A stretch of DNA of 64,000 nucleotides from Octopus sinensis (lineage: Eukaryota): assembly GCF_006345805.1 (NCBI RefSeq), contig NC_043006.1, forward strand, positions 36,084,001 through 36,148,000, given 5' to 3'. Within the stretch, counting starts at the first letter, position 1. Each line of letters begins with the position of its first letter. Positions 63,414 to 64,000 of this stretch are shown here, piece after piece. The notes under the pieces were generated by a model. That model was not told the origin of the DNA. It was given only the letters and a program-made list of their open reading frames with translations, and did no database searches. A program made the translations under genes and the position numbers.

Positions 63414-64000
63414 ATGGACTTCCGTGTTGTTCGTTTATGTGTGTTCATACCTAAAATGCAACGAAGTGTGTTTGACGAAACAATCAATATATTTAAAAAT
63501 CGGTTGAAAAATACTTTTAATTTGCTTCCCTGTCTTTCGTACTATTGGGTCAGCCGAAATTGCGAGGATGATCCAGTTCTTGACTGAGGATAAAAGGCTT
63601 CGAATGACCCGTCCTTGTTTTTTTGTATCGTCTATCTGGATGTTTGTTGTCCCTTTTTGTATCACCTAGTTGTCCGGATGTTTTGCGTTTTTGTCCCATT
63701 TTGTATTTTATTATACATATATATATATATATACATATACTATCCAGAGATCGAGGTGTAGGAAGAAAGTTAGCTTCAAGAAATCCGTAGTAAATATAAA
63801 AAAACAACTTTCAAGGTCAATAGTGGTTTATTGAGACAGAAGATTGTGGATTTTGTTTTCTTTTGTATCTTTTCAACTCTAGGTTATTAATCAGGCGATG
63901 CTATTCTTTTCTACACTAGGCGCAAGGTCTGGGGGGGGGTCTTTTTTTGTGGTGGTGATGGTGAGGTAGGAAGCTACTGGCACTTCATTAATCAACCCCG

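Noticed and set aside
63575-63625. CTGAGGA...GAAT hammerhead-like motif
   Set aside because: No credible stem II and GAAA is absent. At most a decayed Penelope-type terminal fragment.

Overview
Eukaryotic, repeat-dense genomic DNA. The SINE families, microsatellite load and gene content look molluscan, probably octopus (inference). The only host genes are two chitin synthase (GT2/CHS) paralogues facing tail-to-tail across a 100-N gap at 17674-17773. Copy A (+) has five exons in 1-16744, including the EDR and QRRRW motifs. Copy B (-) has at least five exons in 19981-32963. All exon junctions were checked for GT-AG and phase. Both copies carry an unusual ~185-aa Ser/Asp-rich insert in the GT2 domain that diverges far faster than its flanks. 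The 3' parts of both genes are missing at the gap. The rest of the window is transposon debris: a rearranged Helitron, a near-complete mariner, Penelope GIY-YIG relics, a 5'-inverted RTE-like LINE, R4/Dong-like relics, an ORF1-only (HAL1-like) element, a near full-length L1/Tx1-type LINE, and tRNA-derived SINEs. Standout structural signals are: repeated fold-back inversions that end at (TA)n tracts, a ~740 bp AT-rich palindrome, a structured 350 bp unit in tandem plus inverted orientation, and several hammerhead-ribozyme-like motifs, one next to the palindromic end of the Tx1-like LINE. All alignments were done by eye and no database searches were run.
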